From: Candidatus Heimdallarchaeum endolithica
GTDB taxonomy: Archaea > Asgardarchaeota > Heimdallarchaeia > Heimdallarchaeales > Heimdallarchaeaceae
Direction of reading: 5' to 3'
Assembly (NCBI GenBank): GCA_021513715.1
Contig: CP084167.1
Span: 640,001-704,000 of the forward strand
Length of the DNA: 64,000 nucleotides
A model generated the notes under the pieces. It did no database searches and was not told the DNA's origin. It saw only the letters and a list, made by a program, of their open reading frames with translations. Positions within the stretch are counted from its first letter, which is position 1. Every line of letters begins with the position of its first letter. The position numbers and the translations under genes were made by a program. Of this stretch, positions 44,507 to 54,083 are shown in pieces.

Positions 44507-45136
44507 ATGAATTCAATGATTCCGCGAACTTCAATGCTCAAACCTAAATTAATTAAGAAGATGATGGCAGAAAGCGAAAAAAAAATCAGAGTCGAAAAAG
44601 AATCTATTAATGCTATTAATGTTTTTCCTGTTCCAGATGGAGATACAGGAGCTAATATGTATTTTACTATAAAGAAAATTGTTGAAGAAGTTCAAAATGT
44701 TACTGATGAAGAAAAAATTCTTTCAGCTATCAACAGAGGAGCTTTTTTAGGTGCTAAAGGCAACTCTGGTGTAATCTATTCTCAATTTTTAATAGGTGTA
44801 GTTGAAAGTCTTGAAGAACAACAAAAAATAACTATCTCTTCTTTCTCTAAAGGATTTGCTCAAGGAGTAGAATATGCTTACGATGCAGTTATGAACCCTG
44901 TTGAAGGAACAATATTGACAGTGATTAGAAAAGTATCTGAAAAAGCAGCTGAAATAGCTGACAGAAATGAAGAAATTGGTTGGATAGAGTTTTTTGATGC
45001 TTTAATAGAAACAGCTTACAAGGCTCTAAAAGAAACACAAGATCAACTTGAAGTATTAAAAGATGCAGGAGTAGTAGATGCAGGTGCAAAAGGTTTTGTT
45101 CATATACTAGAATCATGGAGAAAAGCTTTAGAGTAA
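44507..45136 (+). CDS. Stand-alone DAK2 domain (FakA N-terminal-like)
   Basis: NVFPVPDGDTG.NM, GA.GNSG, P.EGTILTV and GVVDAG motifs. Confidence 0.9.
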   Translation: MNSMIPRTSMLKPKLIKKMMAESEKKIRVEKESINAINVFPVPDGDTGANMYFTIKKIVEEVQNVTDEEKILSAINRGAFLGAKGNSGVIYSQFLIGVVESLEEQQKITISSFSKGFAQGVEYAYDAVMNPVEGTILTVIRKVSEKAAEIADRNEEIGWIEFFDALIETAYKALKETQDQLEVLKDAGVVDAGAKGFVHILESWRKALE

Positions 45137-45204
45137 CAAAATTTACTAAAATAATGTCTTTTTATTTAATTACCTTTAAATAATATTAACATCCTTTTTT
45201 TGAT

Positions 45205-46530
45205 ATGACTACTTCCGAGGAGTCAATACCAAGTGATAAATTTCTGAACATAGAAAAAAATAAGATAGCAAATGAAGAGATATATAAAGAAACAGATAAG
45301 GAAAAAGTAATTATAACCCCCAAAACAATGAAAAAAAGGAGTAAATTAGATTTATATTACTTTAGCACTGAAATAATACTTATGATTGCAGGTATTGTTA
45401 TACTATTTTTAGTTTCAATTAAACCTTCTCTTTTCTTTGAGCATGATTTGATAATAAATAGAGATGAGTATGGAACAGTAATTAGCACATATATGTATTT
45501 TGGTGATTTATCCCCATTGGCATTAGGACTTACAGCTGTATGTTTGATGTTTCCTCTGTTAAACAACTATCTGTACATTTTTGTACTAGAAAGTGAAAAA
45601 AGGTTAAAAGCTTACATAATTCGAGCTGCCATAAATGCAATAGCTTTTGCAGTAATACTAGCCATAAATGCAAATGGAATTTATTTTGACAATAATTATT
45701 CACTTGCTGTTTTTATTGCTTTCTATACTCTTTTTGGGGACTTTTACTTAAGAACACTTTTATTATTTACAAGGAAGCAATCTAAAAGCATTTTATTCAG
45801 CAAACTAGAGTCAGCTTCACCAGCAGAAATAGAATGGAAAAAATACAACAAAATTTCAGGTTACCTAGCTTTAATTTTAGGAATATTCATGCTGCAATTT
45901 ATCTGGTTGATTTACCATCTTGTAATTAGGCCTGTAAAAATTAACAGAACTAAGGATCAACTAATCATTGAATTTTTGGAATTTGGTCAAGAGGTAAATT
46001 GTAGTAAAATTGCCCTAGAATTAGCTATATCATTGGAAGAAACAATTTATAGAATAAAGAGGCTAGTATTTAAAGAGCAAATAACTGGAGAGTTTACCCG
46101 TTATGGGTTTATTTTACATGAGATAAAAAATCCAAAATGGTTCTCAAATAAAGTATCAGAGAAATACGAATTGTTTATGCTAACTGTGGAAATGTCGGAA
46201 AAAGAAAAGCATGTTAACAGATTCTTTGATATTGCAGAAAGAAAAAAGATGAACGTAGACGAGTTAAGAAGAATTTTTAAGATAAAAGAAGACTATATTA
46301 TAAGAGATTTCATTTTGTTACTACCTCCTAATACAGTTAAATTAAAACGGAATATAGTATCAGGAAAACAGTTTATACTCTTTAACTACGAGCTAATCTT
46401 AATGAAAAGAAAGCAAATAAAAGAGAGCTTGCTCTATCATTTTGACGAAGTATTCAAACTGAAAATTGCTGATAAAACTCTTACAAAAACAAAAGCAAAA
46501 GCAAAAACAAAAGCAAAAGAAAAAAAATAA
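45205..46530 (+). CDS. Membrane protein with cytoplasmic winged-helix-like region
   Basis: About 5 TMs, then ...KIALELAISLEE...L...QITG. Confidence 0.6.
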   Translation: MTTSEESIPSDKFLNIEKNKIANEEIYKETDKEKVIITPKTMKKRSKLDLYYFSTEIILMIAGIVILFLVSIKPSLFFEHDLIINRDEYGTVISTYMYFGDLSPLALGLTAVCLMFPLLNNYLYIFVLESEKRLKAYIIRAAINAIAFAVILAINANGIYFDNNYSLAVFIAFYTLFGDFYLRTLLLFTRKQSKSILFSKLESASPAEIEWKKYNKISGYLALILGIFMLQFIWLIYHLVIRPVKINRTKDQLIIEFLEFGQEVNCSKIALELAISLEETIYRIKRLVFKEQITGEFTRYGFILHEIKNPKWFSNKVSEKYELFMLTVEMSEKEKHVNRFFDIAERKKMNVDELRRIFKIKEDYIIRDFILLLPPNTVKLKRNIVSGKQFILFNYELILMKRKQIKESLLYHFDEVFKLKIADKTLTKTKAKAKTKAKEKK

Positions 46531-46673
46531 TCTTTAGTTTTTTTTCTTCTTTTAATATCTCTCTTATATGCTTTACTTACTTATAATTGAACATTTAGTA
46601 AATTTGAACATTTTCTACTACCCTTTGTGATTTTTAGAGAAAATTTATTTAGTAGCGTGACAATCAATTTTCT

Positions 46674-47744
46674 ATGATATGGCTTTCTTTATTTTATTCA
46701 ATTCTCTCCTTGGTAATCCTAATTGCTTTTCTTGCAGTTATTATTATAAAACAACTTGAACTTCGATGTACAGCTGTTTATTTTCTAATAATCGTTATTG
46801 TTTCAATTATTGGATGGGTTTTAGGAGATATGTTACAGATAGTTTTTAGTAGTTTGGAAAATAGAGGATTAGTGCTTATATTTTCTCGTTTAGCAACAAT
46901 AAGTAGTATGATTGCTATGATTAGTACAGTTTTATTTGCAAGAGTCTTAACTGCTAGACAAACATTAAACTCTACAACTGTAATTATTGCATTTGTTATG
47001 TTTAGTGCTGTTGTTGCACTAACTTTAAGCTCAAGCTATAGAGTAATTGACCCACCAAAGGAAGTTGAGTTTTATAAAACAGAAGCAGAACTCTTATGGG
47101 TTATATTAGACGGAGGTATGGTGATTTTTGCCGGTTCCATTTTCCTCTACTATCTTGTTAGACAAAGAAAAATAGTACAAAACAAGTATTTACCAGTTTT
47201 GACTTTAATGAGCGTGGGAGTAATCATTGCTTTCTACGTAAGTACCATCCTTTACACAATTTATGCAATATGGTTTATAGTTCCTTTATTGCATTTAGAA
47301 CTAGTAAGTGCAAGTATAGGGGCATTAATTATAGGAATCGCTATGATTAAAGGAGGAAAAGAAGCAATCTATTATTCTTCTAGAGTTTTTTCACTACATA
47401 TTTTTGATGATGTGGGAATAAGCTACTATGCTAGTGTATTTCAGTCAGGATATATTGTGGATGAACAACTGATCTCAGGAATAGCCTCTGCGATTATAAG
47501 CTTTGCAAAAGAGCTAGTAGGAAAAGATGTTTTTCCAAGAGAAATAGATTTAGATGACTACTCACTCTTACTAGCTAAAAAAGAGAATACCATAATCCTA
47601 ATTAGTGTTGAATACCCAACAGCTCACTTAAGACAAACTATGAACAATATTATTGAAAACTTTAGGATGGATATGAGTGATGATGAAATAGGGGAACTTG
47701 TTGAAAATTACATTTGTTTTGAACCAAGAAAACTAGTGCATTAA
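46674..47744 (+). CDS. 7TM membrane protein with C-terminal longin/roadblock-like domain
   Basis: Seven hydrophobic segments, then LHIF...G...Y......DEQLISGIASAIISFAKEL. Confidence 0.7.
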   Translation: MIWLSLFYSILSLVILIAFLAVIIIKQLELRCTAVYFLIIVIVSIIGWVLGDMLQIVFSSLENRGLVLIFSRLATISSMIAMISTVLFARVLTARQTLNSTTVIIAFVMFSAVVALTLSSSYRVIDPPKEVEFYKTEAELLWVILDGGMVIFAGSIFLYYLVRQRKIVQNKYLPVLTLMSVGVIIAFYVSTILYTIYAIWFIVPLLHLELVSASIGALIIGIAMIKGGKEAIYYSSRVFSLHIFDDVGISYYASVFQSGYIVDEQLISGIASAIISFAKELVGKDVFPREIDLDDYSLLLAKKENTIILISVEYPTAHLRQTMNNIIENFRMDMSDDEIGELVENYICFEPRKLVH

Positions 47745-48009
47745 AAGTCTATGCTTGTAAAACAATAGTAAGTTCCTTCAAACAACATTACTTCTTTTTT
47801 TTTAAACCATTCAAGTGGATAACAAATTTTTTGTTTAATGAACTTCAATAAAAATGAAGATAAAATTTTTCAAACTTTATTTAATTACAAAAAAAAGAAG
47901 GTTATTAATATCAAAAAAAGTCTTAAAAAGACCAAACTTGTAAGGTTATCATAAAAGCTAGTAAATTCAATTATAGTATGAAAAAGCAAGCAAAAATAGA
48001 GGATAAATA

Positions 48010-48456
48010 ATGAGTACTAATTCAAAGTTAATTAAACTTTCAACAATTGTAGCATTAATCGGTTTTCTAATTTCTCTTTTCCTTTTGTATTCTGAAATAA
48101 CAAATTCATTTTATTGTATAGTTGAAGAGCATTTTTTTGACTGTTCAAAAGTTAATAAGAGTTCTTATGCAAGTATTCTTGGCGTTCCAATAAGTCTTAT
48201 AGGTGTTATCTACTATTTGTCAATAATAATAGCAGCAATAATGATCAGTAAACAAATTAAGGATAAGATTTTGCTTGATTTTGTACTTCCTGTTGTTACA
48301 ACTTTAGGATTATTCTTTTCAATTTATTTAACTTTAATAGAAGCGATTGTAATACAAAAATTCTGTGAATACTGTTTAGTTTCAGCAATATGTAGTACTT
48401 CCTTGGCCGTAATTTACTTGATAAACCCCATTTCTAAACTCAAAGAAAAAAAATAG
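48010..48456 (+). CDS. Vitamin K epoxide reductase (VKOR) family protein
   Basis: C.......C..V..S.Y...GVP and CEYC motifs. Confidence 0.9.
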   Translation: MSTNSKLIKLSTIVALIGFLISLFLLYSEITNSFYCIVEEHFFDCSKVNKSSYASILGVPISLIGVIYYLSIIIAAIMISKQIKDKILLDFVLPVVTTLGLFFSIYLTLIEAIVIQKFCEYCLVSAICSTSLAVIYLINPISKLKEKK

Positions 48457-48818
48457 AAAGTTAAACAATAACTAAAAATAATCTAGTAGAAATAATCAAA
48501 AACTTAAAATAAGCTAAAAATTTTTATTTATATGGCTGAAGCAATAATATATTTTTGTATTTCCGCTTCAGCCCTCCCTCCCTCAATTTTCCGTTATAAT
48601 AATGCATTTACCCCCTACTCTTTTAAATTTAGACTTAAGAATGTCTTTAAAGAATTTAAAATAAAAAAGATGAAATTTAGTTAAGTAATATTCCTTTTTT
48701 CTCTTTTATTTCACTCCAGATCATTTCATCTTCAAAAAATAATCAAGACTCATTTCCTCTTTTAAACCATCTAATAGAAAGAGGTCATTAAAATAGAAAA
48801 AGAAAAAAATAATTTAAC

Positions 48819-50918
48819 TTACAAAATAGGAATTAATCCTGCTCCACCATTGATGAGCATTAATATTCCCATGAAGATGGATGATGTAAGACTCATTACT
48901 ACTAGTAGAGTGTTTATTGATGGTCCTGCTGTATCTTTGAATGGATCACCTACTGTATCTCCAGTTATAGCAGATTTATGTGTATGTGTTCCTTTTCCTC
49001 CTAGGTTTCCGTCTTCTATCCATTTCTTTGCATTATCCCAAGCTCCTCCTGCATTACTCATAAATATAGCAAACACAAAACCAGAGAGTATTGATCCTGC
49101 TAGAAATGCACCTAAGGAAGCTACTCCAAAGAATATTCCTACAAGTAGTGGTAACAGAATTGATATTAAACTTGGTAGTATTAACTGTTTTAATGATCCT
49201 TTTGTTGCAATCGAGATCGTTTTTGAGAAATCTGCTGGTTCTTCTCCTGTCAGAATCTTTGGATTTTCTTTAAACTGTCTTCTTATCTCATCAACCATTT
49301 TTGCTGCGTTTTTCTGTACTCCTAAAATCAGTACTGCACTAAACAATGCTGGAGCCATAACTCCAAAGAATGCACCTATTAACACATTTACTGATAGCAA
49401 GTTTATTCCACTTTCTATTATTCCAGCTTCTTGAGCATATGAGAACATTAGTGCTACAACAGCTAGATTTGCAGCTCCAATTGCAAAACCTTTGGTAATT
49501 GCTTTGGCTGTGTTTCCTGCAGAGTCTAATCTATCAGCAATGCGAATAGTTTCTTCTCCTAAACCACCTTGTTCAGCGATAGCTCTTGAATTGTCTACAA
49601 TTGGGCCATAGGCATCATTTGAAACAATAGTTCCTACAATAGCTAACATTCCTACTGCAGCCATTGCTACTCCAAATTGAGCATCAAGTAAGTAAGCTAA
49701 AAACATAGCTATAATTATGCCTACTCCTGGAGGAACAACACTTATAAGACCATAGGAAAATCCAGAAAGGATTACTAGTGCATCTCCTTCTTCTGCTGCT
49801 TTAGCGATGTTTCTTGTTGGTGGAAGATCATCCCTAGTAAAGTAGTCACTTGTCCAACCAATGACAATTCCGCTAGCAAGACCTAAGATAACAGCAAAGT
49901 AATTTCTCCACAGACGACTGATCTCTCCTTCAGTTAATGATTTATTCAAAGTCATTAACCAGACAATTAAAGCACCTAATGCTGCAAATATTAAAGTCGC
50001 AAGATAAGTTCCAAGATTTAAAGAACGCCCAGGATTATCAGAACTTATGAGTTTAATTATAAATATTCCAATCAATGAAGCAATAAGACCTATTCCAGAG
50101 AGAACAAGAGGATAAACAATAAAAGTTTCTTTAGCAGCAGTTAATATTAGTGAATTTGCCAGAATCATTGCAGCAACAATTGAAGCAACATAAGAGTCAA
50201 ATAGATCAGAACCCATTCCTGCTAAATCTCCTACATTGTCGCCTACATTATCAGCAATTGTAGCAGGATTTCTTACATCATCTTCAGGTAGATCAAACTC
50301 ACTTTTTCCTACTAAATCTGCTCCCACATCAGCTGTTTTAGTATATATTCCTCCTCCACATTTCATGAATAGAGCGATTGTACTAGCTCCAAAACTGAAA
50401 CCCAGTACTACATAAGGTGATTGGAATATCCAGTACAAACCTGAAACACCTATTAGCGCAGCTCCTACTACAGCCAATCCCATCACAGCTCCACCAAAGA
50501 AAGCAATGTCAAAACCTTTCTTTGTTCCTACAGTACAACCTTGCGCAGCTCTTGTATTTGCTTTGACTCCAACCATCATTCCTAACCAACCAGCGATCAT
50601 GCTTGCTGCAGAACCTATAAGGTAAGCTATCGCTTGTTCCCAATTCAGATCTCCAGAAACTACAGGTACTTTATGGTTAGTCATATCTGAAGGTAAGAAT
50701 AGTAGGATTACTAAGAATAGTATAAATACAAAGATGCTAAGCACTGTGTATTGAACCTTCAAGTAAGTTTCTGCCCCTTTTTCTATATAGCCTGAAACTT
50801 CTTGCATTTTTTCATTTCCAGGGTCTTCTTTCATAACTAAGAAAGCGAAGAAAACCGCCATTCCTATCGAAATTACACCTGCTATCAGCGATACAAGTAA
50901 AATTAACGGTACAGCCAT
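48819..50918 (-). CDS. hppA: Membrane-integral H+-translocating pyrophosphatase, K+-independent signature
   Basis: GGIYTKTADVGADLVGK, DNVGDNVGD, GNTAKAIT (Lys/Thr signature) and GDTVGDPFKDT motifs. Confidence 0.95.
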   Translation of the reverse strand: MAVPLILLVSLIAGVISIGMAVFFAFLVMKEDPGNEKMQEVSGYIEKGAETYLKVQYTVLSIFVFILFLVILLFLPSDMTNHKVPVVSGDLNWEQAIAYLIGSAASMIAGWLGMMVGVKANTRAAQGCTVGTKKGFDIAFFGGAVMGLAVVGAALIGVSGLYWIFQSPYVVLGFSFGASTIALFMKCGGGIYTKTADVGADLVGKSEFDLPEDDVRNPATIADNVGDNVGDLAGMGSDLFDSYVASIVAAMILANSLILTAAKETFIVYPLVLSGIGLIASLIGIFIIKLISSDNPGRSLNLGTYLATLIFAALGALIVWLMTLNKSLTEGEISRLWRNYFAVILGLASGIVIGWTSDYFTRDDLPPTRNIAKAAEEGDALVILSGFSYGLISVVPPGVGIIIAMFLAYLLDAQFGVAMAAVGMLAIVGTIVSNDAYGPIVDNSRAIAEQGGLGEETIRIADRLDSAGNTAKAITKGFAIGAANLAVVALMFSYAQEAGIIESGINLLSVNVLIGAFFGVMAPALFSAVLILGVQKNAAKMVDEIRRQFKENPKILTGEEPADFSKTISIATKGSLKQLILPSLISILLPLLVGIFFGVASLGAFLAGSILSGFVFAIFMSNAGGAWDNAKKWIEDGNLGGKGTHTHKSAITGDTVGDPFKDTAGPSINTLLVVMSLTSSIFMGILMLINGGAGLIPIL

Positions 50919-51083
50919 TTTTTTATACTCCTATTTTTTTCTTCTTTTCCGTATCATACACCCGTATTTAAAATTTGTGCAAATTAAAGTTAATAAGTTT
51001 AACAATTTTTTTAATAAAATAATTTATGTTAAATAGTTCAACGATGAAGAAAAATGAGTTTAGGGCATACAAAAAGAAAAAAT

Positions 51084-51375
51084 TCATTTCATTTTTTTTA
51101 ACTCTCTTCCAAATAAAAATACAGTTAAGATTGTAGCCCCCAAAGCAAGTAAAAACAAATAAATTAAAGTTATTTCGAATGGAGAATTATCCAGAAATTA
51201 GCCAAAAGACCAAGGAAAGACAGCTGCTAATGTGTTGGGTATTGCAAACAAGAAACCAAGTGCTGTTGACCTATTTCCTGATGCACTTCTTCTCTTACAT
51301 ATCTTGTACTTGCTACACTACTAAAGTGTAAAAAGGCTATGAAAGCAAAATAAAATATTATTATTCCACATGTTC
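51084..51375 (-). pseudogene. 3' remnant of an MFS paralog of 54084-55337
   Basis: Translates to GIIIFYFAFIAFLHFSSVASTRYVREEVHQ/RSTALGFLFAIPNTLAAVFPWSFG*FLDNSPFEI...GRELKKMK* with one frameshift and one stop. Confidence 0.9.
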
Positions 51376-51773
51376 GAGAAGGTAAAGGAAAAGGAAAAAG
51401 TACTCGTAAGTTTCGCAGGAAACTTCATCAGTGGAACTTTTCTCTTGTCCTTGCTCTTCTCCGTCGGACACTAATATTAAGAGGTTTTGACCCTCATCGA
51501 ATATTAACAATAGAAGAAAGAGGGACATCTTCTCACTGTGCTCGTTACGGGAAGAAAGTTATCCGTCCAGTAAGAGGTTTAGTTCATTGTTCTTCTTGCA
51601 ATTACACTTTCCACTCTGACCTCACAGGGGCAATAAATATCGCTCGTAAGTTCCTTGGGGCTCTTTTCCGTCCTCGAGGAACAACTATCACTGATTACCT
51701 CACTGGTCAAAGGTTCAGTTCTACCCATTTCACTGTTTGCCGAGGGCTCAGCCATTGGTTGCAGTCCCAGTAG
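51372..51773 (+). pseudogene. tnpB: C-terminal fragment of a TnpB/Cas12f-like RuvC nuclease
   Basis: 133 sense codons with no start (absent from the ORF track): ..RRKLHQWNF..EERGTSSHCARYG..HCSSCNYTFHSDLTGAINIARK.., i.e. the TS..C..(C>Y)G, CxxC and D..GA.NI motifs. Confidence 0.85.
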
Positions 51774-51779
51774 ATGAAA

Positions 51780-52025
51780 AAGGACTTAACTAATTCTATC
51801 CTCTTATATTTGAGGTTTAGTTCTTTCTTTTTTGTCTCTCGTGGAGTGAAGAAAGATAGAAAGAAAAACTTTCTTTTCTTCTTTATGATTCCCACGATTC
51901 GTGTATGATGTCTGTCTCAACTCTTCATAGCATTGTATGACTTGGTTGAGTTCAAGAGATTAAACTTTTACTTGTTTTTTCTCTTGCAAGACAGAGTGCG
52001 AAAAACTTTACGTAAAAAAGTAAAT
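51780..52025 (+). ncRNA. Putative omega-RNA/reRNA-like structured RNA between tnpB and the element end
   Basis: Stems AACTAA/TTAGTT, TCGTGG/CCACGA, TTCGTG/TGCGAA, TGTCT/AGACA, CTCAAC/GTTGAG and CAAGAG/CTCTTG; the same fold occurs at 59144-59358. Confidence 0.6.
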
Positions 52026-52029
52026 CATG
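52008..52029 (+). mobile_element. Terminal repeat of a CATG-associated element
   Basis: TTACGTAAAAAAGTAAATCATG; related copies at 58835, 59140 (inverted) and 59501. Confidence 0.75.
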
Positions 52030-52089
52030 ACAAAATACTGCATCTTCTGGTGTTTTTGATCCACATTTTGTACAATATTTCATAAACAT
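52030..52089 (-). pseudogene. Truncated zinc-ribbon gene start
   Basis: GGTGA RBS, then MFMKYCTKCGSKTPEDAVFC, cut by the element end before the second CxxC is complete. Confidence 0.75.
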
Positions 52090-52133
52090 TCACCCATATT
52101 ACTACCATAGTAGTAATACTATCTTATATAAAT

Positions 52134-52688
52134 CTATTCAAATCTTTTAGAAGTGAAAGTGAACACATGTTGAATAAAGGATTTGGGGGTGAACCCTCTC
52201 CTAAAGTAAAGAATTGAAAGAAATACTAAACTTAAGAAACCTCCAATTTCATTATAATAGACATAAGGTTGTAAAAGAAACTGAAAGTATGTTTGTGTTT
52301 TTGGTTGAAAAGTATAGTTTACAAAGGGGAAAAACCAAGGAATAAATCCTGCTGTATCTAAAATGATATGCATTATCCAACCCAGAATCAATGCAGAATA
52401 AACAGTGGGTTTTTTCCTGAAAACAACTATGAATAAAATGAACATCAGTATAGCAAATGGAATTGAATGACCAATGTATCTTCCATAACCTGTTATAGGC
52501 TCTGAAATGAGTTTATCAATAATATCTGGTCCAAGAGCTCCAATTATTAGGGGAATAAAAGCAAAATGAACTATCCCCCAACTATCTGTAGGTTCTAAAT
52601 TTTTCTTTTTTAGAAGTAACCAATAATAAAGATGAGCTATAATTTCTGCTGTTAATAATGTGTATCCAATGTGGGCAATTAAGAACAT
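52134..52688 (-). CDS. Membrane metal-dependent hydrolase (YdjM/DUF457-like)
   Basis: AH, PDIIDK, R..GHS and MHIILD motifs. Confidence 0.8.
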   Translation of the reverse strand: MFLIAHIGYTLLTAEIIAHLYYWLLLKKKNLEPTDSWGIVHFAFIPLIIGALGPDIIDKLISEPITGYGRYIGHSIPFAILMFILFIVVFRKKPTVYSALILGWIMHIILDTAGFIPWFFPFVNYTFQPKTQTYFQFLLQPYVYYNEIGGFLSLVFLSILYFRRGFTPKSFIQHVFTFTSKRFE

Positions 52689-52720
52689 TCAAATCTTTTC
52701 TCCGAGTTGAGTTATAGTTT

Positions 52721-53287
52721 CTATTTTTTTGCTTTATGATGTTTATAAATATTTTTAGTTAATGCATCAAGTAATTGAGTTAACCCTTTACCTGAAATTG
52801 CTGAGACTTCAAAGAATTCATTGTTAATGTTCTCTCTAGCTGATGTACGGTTTAATCTAAGACAAAAAGCTTGTGCGTCTATAGGATTTAATGTTCTATT
52901 TCTTACATTAGGGTTATTTCGAAGATCAATTTTATTTCCTACTAGAACTATTGGAATCTTCCCTTTTCTATTGTAATTGATCAATTGCTCTAACCAGAAT
53001 GTTACTCTTCTAAATGTCTCTGCTTTTGTAATATCAAAAACTATAAACGCTCCATCAGCTCCTAAATACCATTTAGTTCTTTGAGGAGAGGATAATAGTT
53101 CTCTTGCAGGTAAATCATAAAGGTCAAAAGCTACTTCTTCTCCTTGTATTGTGCGAAAAACTTTTACAATCTCCGCTTTTAGAGAAGGAACCTTCTCTTT
53201 ATTTTTTTCATTTTGAACTATTTTCTTAAATAAAGTAGTTTTACCTACGCTGTTATCACCTATAAAAAGAATCTTAAATGTGAGCAT
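52721..53287 (-). CDS. Rab-like small GTPase with divergent G3
   Basis: GDNSVGKTT, YDLPAR (G3), NKID and SA motifs. Confidence 0.85.
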   Translation of the reverse strand: MLTFKILFIGDNSVGKTTLFKKIVQNEKNKEKVPSLKAEIVKVFRTIQGEEVAFDLYDLPARELLSSPQRTKWYLGADGAFIVFDITKAETFRRVTFWLEQLINYNRKGKIPIVLVGNKIDLRNNPNVRNRTLNPIDAQAFCLRLNRTSARENINNEFFEVSAISGKGLTQLLDALTKNIYKHHKAKK

Positions 53288-53373
53288 TGTTTTTCCTCAG
53301 AAACATTCATTTATTAGTATATACTTAAAAGAATCACTTAAAGTATAAAAAATTAATGTATTAGCTACTTTAC

Positions 53374-53943
53374 TTACTTTTGATTTGATTTATCTCTGAT
53401 ACTTCTTCCAAGAATTTCAAAGGCTCTATCGATATTTAATCCAGTCTTTGCGCTTGTTTCTAAACAATAATTAATTACACCATACCTCTGTGTACGAAGA
53501 TTTAGTTCAGTAACATACTTTTGAACTTGTTTGAACTTAACACTCTTTCTATCTCTTAAATCACTTTTATTTGCAAGAACGACAACAGGTACCACTCCTG
53601 AACCGTTGAATTTGTAAAGTTCATTTAACCACATTGGTAGATTTTGAAAAGAAGAAGGACGAGTTATATCAAAGACAAGTAAGGCACCTTGTGCTCCTTT
53701 ATAAAAACGTGCTCTAACTTGCTCAAACATCTGTTGTCCTGCAAGATCCCAAATTTGAAATTTCCACTTCTCATTAGGAATGATTTCTTTGTCTATTGTT
53801 GAAAAATCTGCCCCAAGTGTCATAAGATGACTGGTATTAAATCCGTATCCCATATATTGCATTCTAATAGAAGTTTTTCCTACTGCACCATCACCAATAA
53901 GAACGATTTTGAAAATAAACAGTTTTTCTGTCATGAAGTTCAA
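53374..53943 (-). CDS. Rab-like small GTPase
   Basis: GDGAVGKTS, TLGADF, WDLAGQ, NKSD and TSAKTG motifs. Confidence 0.95.
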   Translation of the reverse strand: MNFMTEKLFIFKIVLIGDGAVGKTSIRMQYMGYGFNTSHLMTLGADFSTIDKEIIPNEKWKFQIWDLAGQQMFEQVRARFYKGAQGALLVFDITRPSSFQNLPMWLNELYKFNGSGVVPVVVLANKSDLRDRKSVKFKQVQKYVTELNLRTQRYGVINYCLETSAKTGLNIDRAFEILGRSIRDKSNQK

Positions 53944-54083
53944 CCAATATCTCTGTTAATCTTTTTTTCCTAATATATTCTCCTTATTCCATGTTTAAAT
54001 TTTTTTATCTAGGAAACTTCGTTCAAAAAAAAGTTTAAAAATAACATTTAAAAATAAACATCAAAAAGAGCAGAAGAGAAAGA

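Noticed and set aside
51707-51895. 62-aa minus-strand ORF
   Set aside because: Overlaps the tnpB end and RNA hairpins; low-complexity translation.
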